A DNA stretch of 64,000 bases from Thermoplasmatales archaeon (lineage in GTDB: Archaea; Thermoplasmatota; E2; DHVEG-1). Position 1 is the first letter of the stretch. Every line of letters starts with the position of its first letter. The stretch spans positions 32,302 to 96,301 of the forward strand of contig DAOVGR010000050.1 of assembly GCA_030672305.1 (NCBI GenBank). The letters are read 5' to 3'. A program made the position numbers and the translations under genes. Under the pieces are notes generated by a model. That model worked only from the letters and a program-made list of their open reading frames with translations. It did no database searches and was not told where the DNA came from. Shown in pieces: positions 49,537 through 59,569 of this stretch.

Positions 49537-50592
49537 TCAACATATTCTTGGAACAGGGTCTCCAATTGGCTTGTGTAGATTTCGTTTTCCTCCAACTGTT
49601 GTTTTAAGAACTACTCCTTTAATTTTATCTGTTGTTTCGCCAATAATTGCTGCATTCTTACCTAAGGGATGTTTCTTAATTGATGCAAGAACATCCTCTG
49701 CTCTTTCTTTAACAACAGCAAGAACGACCTTACCTTCATTACCAATTTCTAACGGATCGATACCAAGCATATCGCAGGCAGATCTAACACCTCGAGGTAT
49801 CGGAATGTTATCTTCCGCCAAGATTATTCCAATATTAGATTTATCGCAAAACTCGTTTACTGTATTTGAAAGACCGCCACGTGTCGGATCCTTTGCAGAA
49901 ACGATACCTCCAACCGATAATGCTTTTTCCATTAATCCATTAATCGCTGCAATATCAGATTTTATCTTAGTTTCAAAACCATAACCCTCTCTAAAAGACA
50001 TTAAGGCAATACCATGTTCACCAATATTTCCAGAAAGAATTATTATGTCGCCATTTTTTAGATTTGAATCAAGAAGCCATCTTTTATCAAAACTACGATA
50101 TCTCTTAACTTCCTTTATGTTATTATCAAGAATATTTGTTCTTTTTCCAATTCCACTTGTATTAATCATGAATTCTTGTATAGCACCTTTTTCAACAACC
50201 TTAGTGTCACCAGTAACAATTGGAACATTTGCATCACTTGAAACCTTGCTCATGCTATTGACAATCTTTTCAAATATTTCAATAGAGAGTCCTTCCTCAA
50301 CTATAAATCCAGCAGAAAGAGCAATAGGTTTAGCACCCATAACTGCTATATCATTAACAGTTCCTGCGACAGCAAGAGAGCCAAGATCTCCACCTGGGAA
50401 AATAATTGGTTGTACTGTATGAGAATCAGTAGTAAAAACAATATCATCAATTACTGCTGAATCATCAAGCATAGACAATGGTATCTCTGCAGATATTGAT
50501 GTTTTTCCAAAATATTTTAAAATCTTCTGTTTGATGAGTTTATCCATCAATTGTCCGCCAGCACCATCTGCAAGTTTTATTTTATCTACCAT
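49537..50592 (-). CDS. hypE: Hydrogenase maturation protein HypE
   Basis: TTDS, GDTKVV, DPTRGG, C-terminal PRIC. Confidence 0.97.
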   Translation of the reverse strand: MVDKIKLADGAGGQLMDKLIKQKILKYFGKTSISAEIPLSMLDDSAVIDDIVFTTDSHTVQPIIFPGGDLGSLAVAGTVNDIAVMGAKPIALSAGFIVEEGLSIEIFEKIVNSMSKVSSDANVPIVTGDTKVVEKGAIQEFMINTSGIGKRTNILDNNIKEVKRYRSFDKRWLLDSNLKNGDIIILSGNIGEHGIALMSFREGYGFETKIKSDIAAINGLMEKALSVGGIVSAKDPTRGGLSNTVNEFCDKSNIGIILAEDNIPIPRGVRSACDMLGIDPLEIGNEGKVVLAVVKERAEDVLASIKKHPLGKNAAIIGETTDKIKGVVLKTTVGGKRNLHKPIGDPVPRIC

Positions 50593-50647
50593 TTTCTATT
50601 CATGCGATACATAAGCTTTATTTATAGTATATGGTTCCTGGTGGAGC

Positions 50648-50947
50648 ATGATCGCAGATATACTTACTTCTATTTTTGGTGAAAGTTATGCTTGGCAGGA
50701 CCTTGTAATTGCTGTGGTAAGCATCCTTTTTGGCTTTATTCTTATACCACAGCTAAAAGATGTCTGGTATGGTAAATCTATTCTTAATTTGTATACAGCC
50801 AGTTTAACAACAATAGGACTGTATGTGTTAGCAGTAACATTTTTTACTATGGGGTTTTGGATATCTTTCATAGCTGAATTATTTTCAGGGACAATATGGC
50901 TATTATTGTTTGTTCTTTCATTTAAAAATTATAGAAAAAGTATATGA
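50648..50947 (+). CDS. Small 3-TM membrane protein (possibly PQ-loop/SemiSWEET-like)
   Basis: Three hydrophobic segments, LIPQL after the first; GGAG RBS. Confidence 0.55.
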   Translation: MIADILTSIFGESYAWQDLVIAVVSILFGFILIPQLKDVWYGKSILNLYTASLTTIGLYVLAVTFFTMGFWISFIAELFSGTIWLLLFVLSFKNYRKSI

Positions 50948-50950
50948 TTT

Positions 50951-51820
50951 TTATTTGATAAATCGTTTTAATAAAACCCTATTGACTTGTTGATTACCTC
51001 TTCTAGTTATTTGATCTGGAGGAGTTATAACAGCATATTCTAATGCGTTTTTACATTCACATGTTCGTTTGTATTTAATCTTGGGTACCAATTTTTTAAT
51101 GATATTTGCCATGCTTTTATCATTTTTTTTCAGGTTTTCAACAACAGATGCAACTGTTACATCTTCTTCTCCTTCATACCAACAATCATAATCAGTAACA
51201 GTAAGTATTCCACATAAGCACATTTCAGCTTCCCTTGCAAGTTTTGCCTCAGTTGCAAGCGTCATTCCAATAACATCAACATTCCAGCTACGATACAAAT
51301 TTGATTCAGCTCTTGTTGAAAACTGAGGTCCTTCCATACAGATATAGGTTCCCATATGTACATCAACTCCTTGTTCTTTTACTGCTTTATACACTAAATC
51401 TGTAAAAGTTTTACAGAAAGGATCTGCAAATCCAGCATGAACAACAATACCTTCATCAAAAAACGTAGTTTCTCTTTTTGCTGTTCGATCAATTAATTGA
51501 TCGGCAATTACAAAATCACAAGGTTTGATTTCTTTTTTTAAGCTACCAACCGCTGCTGTTGAAATTAGGTATTCCACTCCGCATTCTTTCATAGCAAAAA
51601 TATTTGCTCTATAATTAACCTTATGAGGTGGAAACTGATGATTTTTACCATGCCGAGGAAGAAATACGACCTCAATACCTTCAATCTTACCTAATATAAT
51701 TTTATCAGAGGGTTTCCCAAAAGGAGTTTCCACATCTATTTCTTCAATGTCTTTAATTATACCTACATTGTATAGGCCACTTCCACCAATAATACCAATT
51801 TTAATAGACATAATAATCAA
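50951..51820 (-). CDS. mtnP: S-methyl-5'-thioadenosine phosphorylase
   Basis: IGIIGGSG, TPFGKPS, RHG, EGPQFSTRAES, VTDYDCW. Confidence 0.93.
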   Translation of the reverse strand: MIIMSIKIGIIGGSGLYNVGIIKDIEEIDVETPFGKPSDKIILGKIEGIEVVFLPRHGKNHQFPPHKVNYRANIFAMKECGVEYLISTAAVGSLKKEIKPCDFVIADQLIDRTAKRETTFFDEGIVVHAGFADPFCKTFTDLVYKAVKEQGVDVHMGTYICMEGPQFSTRAESNLYRSWNVDVIGMTLATEAKLAREAEMCLCGILTVTDYDCWYEGEEDVTVASVVENLKKNDKSMANIIKKLVPKIKYKRTCECKNALEYAVITPPDQITRRGNQQVNRVLLKRFIK

Positions 51821-51910
51821 CTACTTATCAAATTACTAAAAATGCTGAAGTATAAAAATAATAAAAAGTTTTTTGATTAAATCAAGATAACATTTGTTTG
51901 AGGATATTAA

Positions 51911-53536
51911 ATGGGTGTTGAAGTAAAGGGAAATATTGTTGATGTACAAAGACAAAGGATTTCTCCTGGTATCATTAAAATTGAAAAAGGAAAAATTACT
52001 GATATAATTAAGGTTGAATATGAATATAAAAATTATATAACTCCTGGTTTTGTAGATGCTCATGTTCACATCGAAAGCTCAATGCTTACTCCCTCAGAGT
52101 TTGCAAGAGTAGCAGCTATCCATGGAACAGTTGCAGTAGTTACAGATCCACATGAAATAGCAAATGTTCTTGGAATTGACGGAGTTTATTATATGCTCAA
52201 TGCTGCATCAAAAGTTCCATTTAAGTTCTATTTTGGTGCTCCCTCTTGTGTTCCTGCTTCCCCTTTTGAAACTAGTGGAGCAGTACTAAATCCTAAAGAT
52301 GTTAATAAACTTCTCAAAAATGATAATATAAAATTTCTAGCAGAAATGATGAACTATCCAGGTGTTATCAATAAAGATACTGAAGTAATGGAAAAAATCA
52401 ACTTGGCAAAAAAATATTCAAAGCCAATTGATGGTCATGCCCCTGGACTGAGCGGAGAAGATCTTCGTAAGTATGTAAAATGTGGGATTACAACTGATCA
52501 TGAATGTTTTACTTTAGAAGAAGGTCGCGAAAAGATAAAATTGGGCATGAAAGTATTACTTAGAGAAGGAACTGGTGCTCGTAACTTTGATGATCTTCAG
52601 CCTTTAATTGAAGAAAATACCGATAGCTGTATGTTATGTAGCGATGATAAACATCCTAATGATTTAATTAAAGGTCATATCAATCTTATTGTAAAGAGAG
52701 CAATTAAAAATGGAATAGATCCAATGAAGGTGTTAAGAGCAGCATCTTTTAATCCAATTGTACATTATAATTTGGAGGTTGGATTACTTCGTGTTGGTGA
52801 TCCAGCAGATTTTATTGTTGTTGATGATTTATATAAATTAGATATTTTAAAAACTTACATTAATGGTATTGAAGTAGCAAGAAATGGTACCACTCTTATT
52901 TCTAGTATTAAACCAGAGATTAAAAATAACTTTAATATCGATTTGAAAAAACCTAGTGATTTTATAGTAAAATCTATGGGGAACAGAATCAATGTTATCG
53001 TTGCTATCGATGGTCAGCTTATCACAGAAAGAGCAATAGAAAGTCCTTTGATTTCAAATGGTAATATTATATCTGATGTTGATAGAGATATTTTAAAAAT
53101 ATCTGTTATAAATCGATATAAAAACTCAAATCCTTCTGTAGGTTTTATAAAAAATTTTGGACTTAAAAAAGGTGCTATTGCATCCAGTGTTGCCCATGAC
53201 TCACATAACATAATTGCTGTAGGTGTTTCTGATGATGATATTTGTAAAGCTGTAAATCTTGTGATTGAAAATAAAGGAGGACTATGTGCGATTAGAGCTG
53301 GCAAAAAAGCTGTTCTACCTTTACCAATCGCAGGTATTATCAGTGATAGAAAATATGATTGGGTAGCAGATAAATATGTAGAAATTGAAGAAGCTGCAAA
53401 ATTGCTGGGTTCAAATCTTCAGGCTCCATTTATGACTTTATCTTTTATGGCCTTACTAGTCATTCCAAAACTAAAAATAACTGATAAGGGACTTTTTGAT
53501 TCAGAGAATTTTAGATTTATTGATCTTTATACGTAA
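51911..53536 (+). CDS. ade: Adenine deaminase
   Basis: DAHVHIESSM, TDPHEIANV, DGHAP, TDHE, SSVAHDSHN. Confidence 0.96.
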   Translation: MGVEVKGNIVDVQRQRISPGIIKIEKGKITDIIKVEYEYKNYITPGFVDAHVHIESSMLTPSEFARVAAIHGTVAVVTDPHEIANVLGIDGVYYMLNAASKVPFKFYFGAPSCVPASPFETSGAVLNPKDVNKLLKNDNIKFLAEMMNYPGVINKDTEVMEKINLAKKYSKPIDGHAPGLSGEDLRKYVKCGITTDHECFTLEEGREKIKLGMKVLLREGTGARNFDDLQPLIEENTDSCMLCSDDKHPNDLIKGHINLIVKRAIKNGIDPMKVLRAASFNPIVHYNLEVGLLRVGDPADFIVVDDLYKLDILKTYINGIEVARNGTTLISSIKPEIKNNFNIDLKKPSDFIVKSMGNRINVIVAIDGQLITERAIESPLISNGNIISDVDRDILKISVINRYKNSNPSVGFIKNFGLKKGAIASSVAHDSHNIIAVGVSDDDICKAVNLVIENKGGLCAIRAGKKAVLPLPIAGIISDRKYDWVADKYVEIEEAAKLLGSNLQAPFMTLSFMALLVIPKLKITDKGLFDSENFRFIDLYT

Positions 53537-53557
53537 ATTTTATCTATTTTTTATTGT

Positions 53558-54016
53558 TTGAACTTTTCTATGGAATACATTGTAATGTGCATAGGTAATA
53601 GAGAAGGTGGGGATGATGCAGTTGGACCATATATTGCAGATAGGTTGAAATTTGAAAAACTTGATAATATTGGAGTAATAGATTGCGGGACAGTCCCTGA
53701 AAATTATACATCTATTGTAAAGCGTAAAAAACCTAAGATTCTTGTTATTATTGACGCAGTTGAAATGGAGCTAAAACCAGGAGAAATAAGAATTGTTCCT
53801 AAAGAAAAAATTGGAGTTATGACAATTTCTACCCATGGGATTCCTATTTCAGTTCTAATAGGATACTTAGAACAATATGTTGAAAATATTATTTTTATTG
53901 GTATTCAACCAAAAGAAATGTCAGGTGAAATAATTACCATTGTTAAAGAAAGTGGAGATAAGTTAGTTGAGATACTAAAGAACAATAATTTAGAGAAAAT
54001 CAAAACTCTCCAATGA
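53558..54016 (+). CDS. hycI: Hydrogenase maturation endopeptidase (HycI-like)
   Basis: IGN..GDDAVG, GTVPEN, IIDA, ISTHGIP, GIQP. Confidence 0.88.
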   Translation: MNFSMEYIVMCIGNREGGDDAVGPYIADRLKFEKLDNIGVIDCGTVPENYTSIVKRKKPKILVIIDAVEMELKPGEIRIVPKEKIGVMTISTHGIPISVLIGYLEQYVENIIFIGIQPKEMSGEIITIVKESGDKLVEILKNNNLEKIKTLQ

Positions 54017-54096
54017 GAAAATAAGATTCTTATTTTACTAGTTCAGGTTTATGATAATATTATAAATTGATTTTTCATTTATTGAGATGATAATTT

Positions 54097-54618
54097 ATGG
54101 ACGTATTAATAAGAAATGAAAGAAAAAATGATTATGATCAAATTAGAAAAATCAATAATTTGGCCTTTGGACAAGAAAACGAAGGGATAATGATTGATGC
54201 TTTAAGAGAAACATCGGATTTTAATTATCTATTATCCCTTGTAGCAGAAATAAAAGGTAAGATTGTTGGTCATATCCTATTTTTTCCAATTAAGATAAAA
54301 AATAAAAATGAAGAATACACGGTTTTATCTCTTGCACCAATGGCCGTTCATCCAGAATACCAAAATAATGGCATTGGTATAAAATTGGTAAAAAAAGGTT
54401 TAGAAATCGCAAAAGAAACAGGTTTTGATGCTGTAATTGTTGTTGGACATCCAAAATATTATCCCCGTTTTGGATTTACACCTGCAAAAAATTGGAAAAT
54501 AAAACTTCCATTTGATGTTCCCGATGATGTATTTTTAGCATTGGAATTAATAGAAAATGCTTTGAAGAATATCAGTGGGACTGTTGATTTTCCAAAAGAA
54601 TTTTTTGATGCTATGTAA
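54097..54618 (+). CDS. GNAT N-acetyltransferase (YhbS-like)
   Basis: LAPMAVHPEYQNNGIG, VVGHPKYYPRFGF. Confidence 0.92.
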   Translation: MDVLIRNERKNDYDQIRKINNLAFGQENEGIMIDALRETSDFNYLLSLVAEIKGKIVGHILFFPIKIKNKNEEYTVLSLAPMAVHPEYQNNGIGIKLVKKGLEIAKETGFDAVIVVGHPKYYPRFGFTPAKNWKIKLPFDVPDDVFLALELIENALKNISGTVDFPKEFFDAM

Positions 54619-54672
54619 AGACGGGGTTTTTACAATAAGTATAGATGTCTAGTTAACGTAAAAATCCTATCA

Positions 54673-54870
54673 CTATGATAATATTTCTAGATTTTTTGCT
54701 ATTAATCCTTTCTTAGTATCTTCTTTTGTGTATTCGATTTTTTCTCCCTTACTTAAAAAAATTGACCAAAAAGGAATTTCACTTTTATGAATAAAGACGT
54801 CTTCACCGTCTTCACCTTTAATAAAGCCATATCCTTGTTTAATATTATACCATTTAACTTCTCCTTTCAT
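54673..54870 (-). CDS. Cold-shock domain protein (CspA-like)
   Basis: GEVKWY, GYGFI (RNP1), DVFIH (RNP2); AAGGAG RBS. Confidence 0.92.
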   Translation of the reverse strand: MKGEVKWYNIKQGYGFIKGEDGEDVFIHKSEIPFWSIFLSKGEKIEYTKEDTKKGLIAKNLEILS

Positions 54871-54920
54871 ATAGTTCTTATTCTCCTTAAAAAAAATAAA
54901 ATATTCTTTGGATATACAAT

Positions 54921-55097
54921 TTAAAATGATTTTATACAGTTTTTACAGATACTATTTGCTTCTGAATTTTCTTTTTTTATAAAATTTTCACAAGTATCGC
55001 TTTCAAAAACTGGAATCATTTTACTTTTACATCTTATAATTTTTTTATTTCTAATTTTAGTTTTATTATCTGATGACTTTTTTCTTCTTCTATTCAT
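54921..55097 (-). CDS. Small basic 4-Cys protein, 58 aa (not in ORF track)
   Basis: Hand translation MNRRRKKSSDNKTKIRNKKIIRCKSKMIPVFESDTCENFIKKENSEANSICKNCIKSF*; fills the gap on the same strand as its neighbours. Confidence 0.6.
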   Translation of the reverse strand: MNRRRKKSSDNKTKIRNKKIIRCKSKMIPVFESDTCENFIKKENSEANSICKNCIKSF

Positions 55098-55303
55098 GAT
55101 TAAATGCCTTCATTTGTTTATAATGATAAAAAAACAAATTCAAATAAAATCCATAACTCTATTTTAAAAGAGAAAGAATTCCAAATCTGTATTTTATTAT
55201 CTTTTAGAAAAGTAGATATTGTGTTTAAATAGTTTTGCATAAAAAATAAAAAGAAAGATTTTTTGTAAAAAATGATAATACCAATATTAATCTCATTTAT
55301 TTA

Positions 55304-55471
55304 CTAAAATCTTTTTGGCTTATGTTTCTGATAACAGTCCCTACAATAGACAGGTCTTGTTCCATCTGGTTTGAAAGGGACTTCAGTTGTTTTTCCACAA
55401 TCTGCACAAGTTACTTCATGCATTTCTCGAGGGCCTCTATTAAACCCTCGTCCTCTATTTTCTCTATACAT
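55304..55471 (-). CDS. CxxC-x17-CxxC zinc-ribbon protein, 55 aa (not in ORF track)
   Basis: Hand translation MYRENRGRGFNRGPREMHEVTCADCGKTTEVPFKPDGTRPVYCRDCYQKHKPKRF*; matches the family signature C..CG...VPF.P...RPVYC..C. Confidence 0.9.
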   Translation of the reverse strand: MYRENRGRGFNRGPREMHEVTCADCGKTTEVPFKPDGTRPVYCRDCYQKHKPKRF

Positions 55472-55634
55472 ATATCTTATTTTCCTTTATTATTTTTCAC
55501 AAAACAATGTGTATATAATATTTAAGAGTATCTCAAAACACAAGTTTTTTCAAAACTCAAGAATTCGTTACTTTAAGTTTAGCTCTTATATCAATGTGTT
55601 TATATCTTATTGATCTGTTTTATTTTTTAAAAAA

Positions 55635-55976
55635 TCAATTTTTTAGATTAATTTCTTCATCAAAATTTTTTACAGGTTCAACAATGACACCTTTAATTTT
55701 ACTTTTATCTAAATTTACACTCAGGTTATTGTCTATGTCTAAAAATGACCTATTTTGCTCTATTATAGTTCTTTTATCAGGTTTATATTGAGATTTTTTT
55801 AATGCCTTTTCCTCTCTTAACATCAAAATTAGAATAATCAGTCCAACTAATGAGATAATCCAAATAATAATAAGGGCAAATAAATCAAAGTATTGTTCAC
55901 CAAATTTATTAATATTTATTAGAACTGATTTACTATCGCTAAAAAATGCTATAAATGTTCTATAGGTCATAAGCAT
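55635..55976 (-). CDS. Hypothetical membrane protein; may start further upstream
   Basis: Clear TM helix; frame stays open upstream past a GAGGAGG. Confidence 0.6.
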   Translation of the reverse strand: MLMTYRTFIAFFSDSKSVLININKFGEQYFDLFALIIIWIISLVGLIILILMLREEKALKKSQYKPDKRTIIEQNRSFLDIDNNLSVNLDKSKIKGVIVEPVKNFDEEINLKN

Positions 55977-56143
55977 TAAACAATTTAATCCAATGATGTA
56001 ACCAGGGACTATTAATAATTTATACTTAATTCTATCTTCCTCCTCAGAATATTGAAGGTTGAATAATAAAATAAAATATAAATGTTACTAATTAAATATT
56101 AAAATTAATAAAAATTAAAATAAAAAATAAAAGAGAGAAAAAA

Positions 56144-57967
56144 TTATTTACTTTTTTTGTTTTCTTCTTCTTTTTTCTCTTTTTGTGGTTTTGAAAGTAT
56201 CATGAAAAGTAACAGCAGCAATAATCCAATTATCAGGATAATAATTATGATGATATTGCTTTCTTCGGGAGTATCTTGTTCGTCTAATGTAATTGTTATA
56301 TCAATTTTTGCTATTGTATCATTATCATATGCTGACACATTTATAATGTAATCTCCAGGTTCAATCCACTTATGACTAATATTAAATAAGTCCCCAGACT
56401 TAAGAAAGATACTATCATCTATATTTCCATCGCCCCAATCAACTGTATATTTGATTTCGTCGTTATCTTCATCAGTTGAAACAATAGAAAAGAGATATTC
56501 AATGTTTACAAATCCCTCAATTGGACCGCTGACATTTGGTTCTGACGGTGGATGATTTGCTTGAATAATAACAGCAGTTGTTACATCAGTATTGGTTGCA
56601 CCCTTGTTATCTGTTACTTTTAATATTATTGTGTAATCACCTGGACTTGAAAAATTGTGTATAATATTTTCACCTAAGGCAGTTGTTCCATCACCGAAAT
56701 TCCAGCCCCATTCAGCAATATAACCATCATAATCATAACTTAATGTTGCATCAAAGTCTATTTCCTCATTTACAAAGCCTATGTATAATTCACCAGCGGA
56801 TAAATCTGCAACTGGGGGTTTATTTGATTTTATAACAGGTAAGCTTGTTACACCACCGCCTCCACTACTACCTCCATTTTTTTTCTTTTCTTCAAAAATT
56901 TCAAAATGTGCTGTTACATTTTTGTTTTCAGTCATATTTATTGTTGCTGGATTGCTGTTTCCACTTAGATTTCCGCTCCAATGGTCAAATGTACTACCTT
57001 CCGAAGCAATTGCTGTCAGATTTACAATATCACCAAAATGATATGGACCATAGGTATTGATTTCAACAACTCCGTCTCCATCAATATTTACAATAAGTGT
57101 GTATAATGGTTCTGGTTCTGAAAAAACTGCAATTACATTCTTGTCATTATCCATTATTATAGATATAGGATTTTCTTTACCTGATATATCTCCCGCCCAA
57201 TGATCAAAATTCCAACTTTCGTTTAGTAGTGCAGTAAGATTTATGATCGATCCATAAGTATAATATGAAAAATCAGGGTCAATAGCAACACTGCCATTTC
57301 CTAGTATATCGATAGCCAAAACGTATTGATCTTGAATAAAATTAGCAGTAACTGATTTATTACTATCCATTAAAACACTTTCAGGATTTATACCAGAATT
57401 TAGATCACCAGTCCAATTGTTAAAGCTCCAACCCAAATCAGCTACAGCAGAAATATTAACAATTTTACCATATGAATAATATGCTTTATCGGGATCTTTT
57501 ATTACTGATCCGTTACCATTGATATTTATTGCAAGTGTAAAATTTGCATCACTTACTGAAAAATAAGCAATCCTACCTGAATTAGTTGACCATTCCCAAC
57601 CGCATTTTAAAATTCCGAGCTGAATATTCCAAATCCCCATCTTTGCCGATTCATTCAAGAAAAAAGATCCGTAAACAACATATTGTGATTCATTTGAACA
57701 GTATACAACATTACCATCGGGATCTCTGATTCTTAATTTTAAAAGATAATTATATCCATAAGCTTCTCCCATACCATAGACGATTTCACCTTTGAAAAAG
57801 GAATCCTTTAACGTTTCATAATCATCTTCAAATGTTCCAATAGTATAGTGACATGCACTAACTGGAATTGCTGTTATTGTCAATATCGATATCAAACTAA
57901 ATATTGCTAGTATTGATACAAATTTTCTAGAGATTTTTTTTCTATTTTTTATATCCATTTTTCCCAC
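56144..57967 (-). CDS. Surface protein with three divergent InlB B-repeat-like domains, PKD domains and C-terminal TM anchor
   Basis: Three L.I.I.GNG.V..P..Y.YG..V...A...W.F..W.G....NP...M..NK.V.A.F repeats; WNFGDG and VDWGDG PKD motifs. Confidence 0.85.
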   Translation of the reverse strand: MGKMDIKNRKKISRKFVSILAIFSLISILTITAIPVSACHYTIGTFEDDYETLKDSFFKGEIVYGMGEAYGYNYLLKLRIRDPDGNVVYCSNESQYVVYGSFFLNESAKMGIWNIQLGILKCGWEWSTNSGRIAYFSVSDANFTLAININGNGSVIKDPDKAYYSYGKIVNISAVADLGWSFNNWTGDLNSGINPESVLMDSNKSVTANFIQDQYVLAIDILGNGSVAIDPDFSYYTYGSIINLTALLNESWNFDHWAGDISGKENPISIIMDNDKNVIAVFSEPEPLYTLIVNIDGDGVVEINTYGPYHFGDIVNLTAIASEGSTFDHWSGNLSGNSNPATINMTENKNVTAHFEIFEEKKKNGGSSGGGGVTSLPVIKSNKPPVADLSAGELYIGFVNEEIDFDATLSYDYDGYIAEWGWNFGDGTTALGENIIHNFSSPGDYTIILKVTDNKGATNTDVTTAVIIQANHPPSEPNVSGPIEGFVNIEYLFSIVSTDEDNDEIKYTVDWGDGNIDDSIFLKSGDLFNISHKWIEPGDYIINVSAYDNDTIAKIDITITLDEQDTPEESNIIIIIILIIGLLLLLLFMILSKPQKEKKEEENKKSK

Positions 57968-58206
57968 CTATTGATACCAAGTTTTGTAAGTTCGCTTATT
58001 AACGTGTTTTTGTACAACTGTTACCAGGTTCCTTTACAGTAGTTGTCTAAAAAATCTCTAAACTTAATTATAGCAAAAAAAATAGAATTATAGGTTTATT
58101 ATATATAAATAAAATAATTTTATATTGAATAAAAAGGAGGTGTGAAATACAATCTGAGTAAAAAAATTTAAAAGCTAACTATTACAAATTTATAGAAAAT
58201 ATCATC

Positions 58207-59136
58207 TTAGTATGGATATTGTTTACCTAAAGACTCAGTTGAACTTAATGCAGCAATCGCCCCTTCAGCACAAGCAGTTACAACCTGTCTTAAACCACCA
58301 GTTATATCACCTGCTGCATAAACTCCTTTTACATTTGTTCTTTGCTGTTTATCAACTATTACAAAACCTCTTTTATCTAGTTTAACACCTAGTTCTTTTG
58401 CTAAGATATTTATTGGATCTTCTCCAATTGAAACAAAAACTCCATCAATAACAAGTTTTGATTTTTCACCAGAATTTACATTATGAATCTCAAGAAATTC
58501 AACCTTTTGATTACCCTGAACTGATTCTACATGAGTATTGAAGATGATTTTCACACCTTTTTCTATTGCTTCATTCTTATAGGCATTCTCAGCACGTAAC
58601 TGGTCACGTCTATGAATTACAGATACTTCCTCACAACCAATTTGTTTTAGAAATATTGATTCAATAAGAGCAGTGTTGCCACCACCAATAACAGCTACCT
58701 TTTTTCCCTTAAAAAAGAATCCATCACAGGTTGCACAATATGAAACTCCTTTTCCTGTTAGCTCTTTTTCACCAGGGGCATTAAGTTTTTTATAATCTGT
58801 GCCTGTACAAAGAATAATTGCTTTTACATCATATGTTTTTTTATCTGTTATAATATTGAATTTGTCTTTTAATTTTTCAATTTTTTTTACTTCCTCATTA
58901 AAATGAATATCTGCATACTTACTAGCATGCTGCTTCAGCTTTTCCATTAAATCGATACCAGAAATGGATTCATAACCAGGATAGTTTTCAATCTTTGGCG
59001 AAACGTTAGCTAAACCGCCTCCCATCCCTTTTTCAAATACTACGGTTTTAATGCCAGAACGGACTGCATAAATACCAGCTGTATATCCTGCAGATCCTCC
59101 TCCAATTATTGCTAATTCATATTCCATGTTAATCAA
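58207..59136 (-). CDS. trxB: Thioredoxin-disulfide reductase; likely start ATG 59127
   Basis: IIGGGSAG, ENYPG, GVSYCATCDG, GGGNTA, HRRD, AAGD. Confidence 0.93.
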   Translation of the reverse strand: MINMEYELAIIGGGSAGYTAGIYAVRSGIKTVVFEKGMGGGLANVSPKIENYPGYESISGIDLMEKLKQHASKYADIHFNEEVKKIEKLKDKFNIITDKKTYDVKAIILCTGTDYKKLNAPGEKELTGKGVSYCATCDGFFFKGKKVAVIGGGNTALIESIFLKQIGCEEVSVIHRRDQLRAENAYKNEAIEKGVKIIFNTHVESVQGNQKVEFLEIHNVNSGEKSKLVIDGVFVSIGEDPINILAKELGVKLDKRGFVIVDKQQRTNVKGVYAAGDITGGLRQVVTACAEGAIAALSSTESLGKQYPY

Positions 59137-59569
59137 TAATTACATTATCCTTTAAAACTTTGTATGCTTCTTCTGGTGATTCTATATTTTGTAACATTTT
59201 TTCAAATGGGCATAAACCATCGCCACTTCTATTTTTTATAAAAGGCAACATTTCATCAGCTTGACAAAGTATTCCGCCAATAATTAGAATAGCAATTGCT
59301 GTTTTTGTTGCCTGAGGAGAATAAACACCTTTAACATTAGAATATCTACAAAGAAAGGCTGAAGCTTTCCCAAGAATTCTATCTCCAACAACCGTTCCTT
59401 CCATTTCATCTCCTAGTTCATTAATTATCTTCATTATCGGTTTTATCCCATCTCCTTTTTTATGATTTAAAATTTTATCATCTCGAATTACTACAATGGA
59501 ATAATCTTCAGATGACAATGTTTCACGAGCAAGATTCATATCATTAATAATTTCATCAGTTACATTCAT
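59129..59569 (-). CDS. DUF1893 (TM1506-like) protein; start set at ATG 59569, overlapping the nrdG stop
   Basis: GIKP, DRILGKASA, IKNRSGDGLCPFE; TGATG coupling. Confidence 0.8.
   Translation of the reverse strand: MNVTDEIINDMNLARETLSSEDYSIVVIRDDKILNHKKGDGIKPIMKIINELGDEMEGTVVGDRILGKASAFLCRYSNVKGVYSPQATKTAIAILIIGGILCQADEMLPFIKNRSGDGLCPFEKMLQNIESPEEAYKVLKDNVIID

Noticed and set aside
55322-55613. Plus-strand ORFs 55322..55525 and 55371..55613
   Set aside because: They overlap the convincing minus-strand CxxC-x17-CxxC gene.
56900-57545. Repeated sequence units in the 607-aa surface protein gene
   Set aside because: Degenerate protein-domain repeats, not a CRISPR array or DNA-level repeat system.
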